A stretch of DNA of 55,424 nt from a bacterium (lineage in GTDB: Bacteria; JADJOY01): assembly GCA_046331705.1 (NCBI GenBank), contig JAXLQJ010000011.1:62001-117424 (forward strand). The letters run 5' to 3'. The position numbers and the translations under genes were made by a program. The notes below the pieces were generated by a model that did not search any database, had not been told where the DNA came from, and saw nothing but the letters and a program-made list of their open reading frames with translations. This document shows positions 53,584-55,424 of the stretch, piece after piece (position 1 is the stretch's first letter; every line of letters starts with the position of its first letter).

Positions 53584-55424
53584 ATGGGTCGCATCTCGTG
53601 GGCGTGCCTCGTTGCAGGGCTGGTGGTGGCGCTCGCTTCCTGTGGCGGGAGCGGATCGCGTGGCGCGGGCGGGTCGGTGGGTGGCTCTCCGCTGCCGCTT
53701 CCGGCCCCGGAGCCGCGCCTCGCCACTCGCTCGGGTCCGGGGCTCGGGAACCTGGAGTACCAGCCGAGCGAGCTCTTCGAGGCGCTCGCCCGGCTCGATA
53801 CGTCGAACGCGATCCCCGACGATGCGCCGCTCAAGCCGTACGGGACCAACGTCGCCACCATGGTCGACGGCTGGTTCTTCACGATCTTCGCGCCCGACAG
53901 CGGCAACGGACCCGGCGGCTTTCTCTTCTACGATCTCGCGAATCCGCGCGCGCCCAAGCTGGTGAAGCGGCTCTACGAGCCGCACGGAAGCACGGGCGAG
54001 CTGCGCGAGGCCCATTCCATCGGCCTCGGCATCGTGAACGATCGCACCTTCGCAGCGATCCAGAGCCGACTGGGGCTGCAGCTCTGGGACCTGAGCAACG
54101 TGCAGGAGCCGCGCATGGCGGGCTTCCTGCGGCTGCCCCAGGTGAATGGCGGCGACTACACGTTCGTCGCGTGGCAGCTCTTCTGGCAGGGACGCTACGT
54201 CTACGTGGCCGGCGCCAATCTCGGACTCTTCATCGTCGACGTGAGCGATCCCGAGCACCCGGTGCTCGCGGACCGCGGCGCCGGCCGCCCCAACCCGGTG
54301 CCCGTTGGCGAGCTGGGTGGATTTCGCGTCGGGCCGGTCTTCGCGGTGGGCAACCTGCTGGTGCTCACGAGCATGGACGTGGCGTTCGGCTACGCGACGC
54401 TCGACATCGGCGATCCGCTCAACCCCGAGCTTCTCGATTACGTGAATCGCGGCCTCACGCACTACTACGCCACCAGCTTCAATGGGAACCGCATCGTCGG
54501 CTCGGTGCGCGGAGCCGGCGCGCGGATGACGATCCACTCCACCGAGGACCCCACGGCGATCGCGCTGGTGAACGACGCGTTGGAGATCGACGAGCAGCTC
54601 TACAACGCCACCCAAGACGAGTTCGTGATCCAGGGCTGCCAGGAAGAGATCGTGAAGGTGGATGTGTCGAATCCGGCGCAGTACCGGATCGTCGGTCGCG
54701 GCTCGCTGCACGTGGAGCACGCCGATCACGGCCAGGTCACGCCCATGGGGAACCTCGTCTACGTGGGCAACGACCACGGCACCGGCAGCGGCTGGATCGT
54801 TCACGACACGGCGCCGGATACCCGTCCGCCGCGTGTCACCATGGTGAGCCCCGTCGACGGCGCGGTGGCGCAGCCGCTCACCACCCGCGTGGGCCTCACG
54901 CTCTCGGACGCCGCCGAGCTCGCGAGCGTCAACGAGACCACCCTCGTGGTGCGGCCGGTGGGTGGTGCGCCGCTCGCCGGGCGCTACACGGTTCACAACA
55001 CCCTCGTGAACTTCCAGCCCGACGAGCCGCTCGCGCCGGCGACCGCGTACGAGGTGGTCGTGCGCGCTGGCGGCATTGCGGATTGGGCCGGCAACCTCCT
55101 GGCCGAGGAGATCGTCTCCCGTTTCGAGACCTCGCCGGCGCGGGCCGCGGCGCCGACGGGAGTCGCCGGGCTGGTGGCGCGCTGGCGCTTGGACGAGCCG
55201 CGCGGCGAGGTGATCGCGCGGGATTTCTCGGGGCACGGTGCCAACGGCGCGTTGCTCGGCGATGCCCAGCTCGGCGACGGCGCGCTCACCCTGGATGGCG
55301 AGGGCGACACCGTTCGCGCCGACAACCCGACCCTCGCCTTCGATGGCGACCTCTCGGTGACGCTCTGGCTGCGCACCACGTCCACGAGCCTGCGCGGGCG
55401 CGATGCGCCCGAGGAGTGGTGGCG
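53584..55424 (+). CDS. Large lipoprotein, paralog of 48941-52633: LVIVD-like propeller + Big_5 Ig + LamG-like domain (3'-partial, not in the ORF track)
   Basis: My translation: GGAGG SD, MGRISWACLVAGLVVALASC (lipobox), SGPGLGNLEYQPSELF, REAHSIG, NDHGTG, DTRPPRV...DWAGN, GLVARWRLDE..ARDFSGHG. Open to the window end. Confidence 0.9.
   Translation, partial: MGRISWACLVAGLVVALASCGGSGSRGAGGSVGGSPLPLPAPEPRLATRSGPGLGNLEYQPSELFEALARLDTSNAIPDDAPLKPYGTNVATMVDGWFFTIFAPDSGNGPGGFLFYDLANPRAPKLVKRLYEPHGSTGELREAHSIGLGIVNDRTFAAIQSRLGLQLWDLSNVQEPRMAGFLRLPQVNGGDYTFVAWQLFWQGRYVYVAGANLGLFIVDVSDPEHPVLADRGAGRPNPVPVGELGGFRVGPVFAVGNLLVLTSMDVAFGYATLDIGDPLNPELLDYVNRGLTHYYATSFNGNRIVGSVRGAGARMTIHSTEDPTAIALVNDALEIDEQLYNATQDEFVIQGCQEEIVKVDVSNPAQYRIVGRGSLHVEHADHGQVTPMGNLVYVGNDHGTGSGWIVHDTAPDTRPPRVTMVSPVDGAVAQPLTTRVGLTLSDAAELASVNETTLVVRPVGGAPLAGRYTVHNTLVNFQPDEPLAPATAYEVVVRAGGIADWAGNLLAEEIVSRFETSPARAAAPTGVAGLVARWRLDEPRGEVIARDFSGHGANGALLGDAQLGDGALTLDGEGDTVRADNPTLAFDGDLSVTLWLRTTSTSLRGRDAPEEWW

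Overview
A GC-rich (roughly 70%) chromosomal segment. Gene content (DUF507, TIGR04551-like porin, many sigma54 promoters) suggests a Myxococcota/Binatota-like deltaproteobacterium; this is inference. No integrase, transposase or CRISPR array is visible. Housekeeping genes: smc (5'-partial), priA-fmt-rsmB-rpe, plsY, tRNA-Ala(CGC) and tRNA-Pro(CGG). Other modules in order: (1) an Fe-S/sulfur-carrier micro-cluster with a Cys-less NifU-like protein and a frameshifted moaE; (2) a hexaheme cytochrome plus a double thioredoxin-fold protein; (3) a ceramidase-like lipoprotein plus porin, and a 1-Cys peroxiredoxin; (4) a sigma54 nitrogen regulon split over two loci: GAF-GAF kinase, NtrC-like activator, unknown outer-membrane protein and glnK-amt, then glnB-glnA followed by a 68-aa ORF; (5) an nfeD-nfeD-floA operon; (6) orphan receiver domains coupled to a degenerate M20 peptidase and a zinc-ribbon protein; (7) a TonB receptor/binding protein/hybrid kinase cassette. 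The most unusual element is at the right end: two paralogous, oppositely oriented giant surface proteins (beta-propeller + Ig) flank a GDT1/UPF0016 Ca/Mn transporter. One carries a second propeller and a MauG/CcP-type diheme domain. The other is a lipoprotein that is absent from the supplied ORF track. All family calls come from motif recognition by eye, not database searches.
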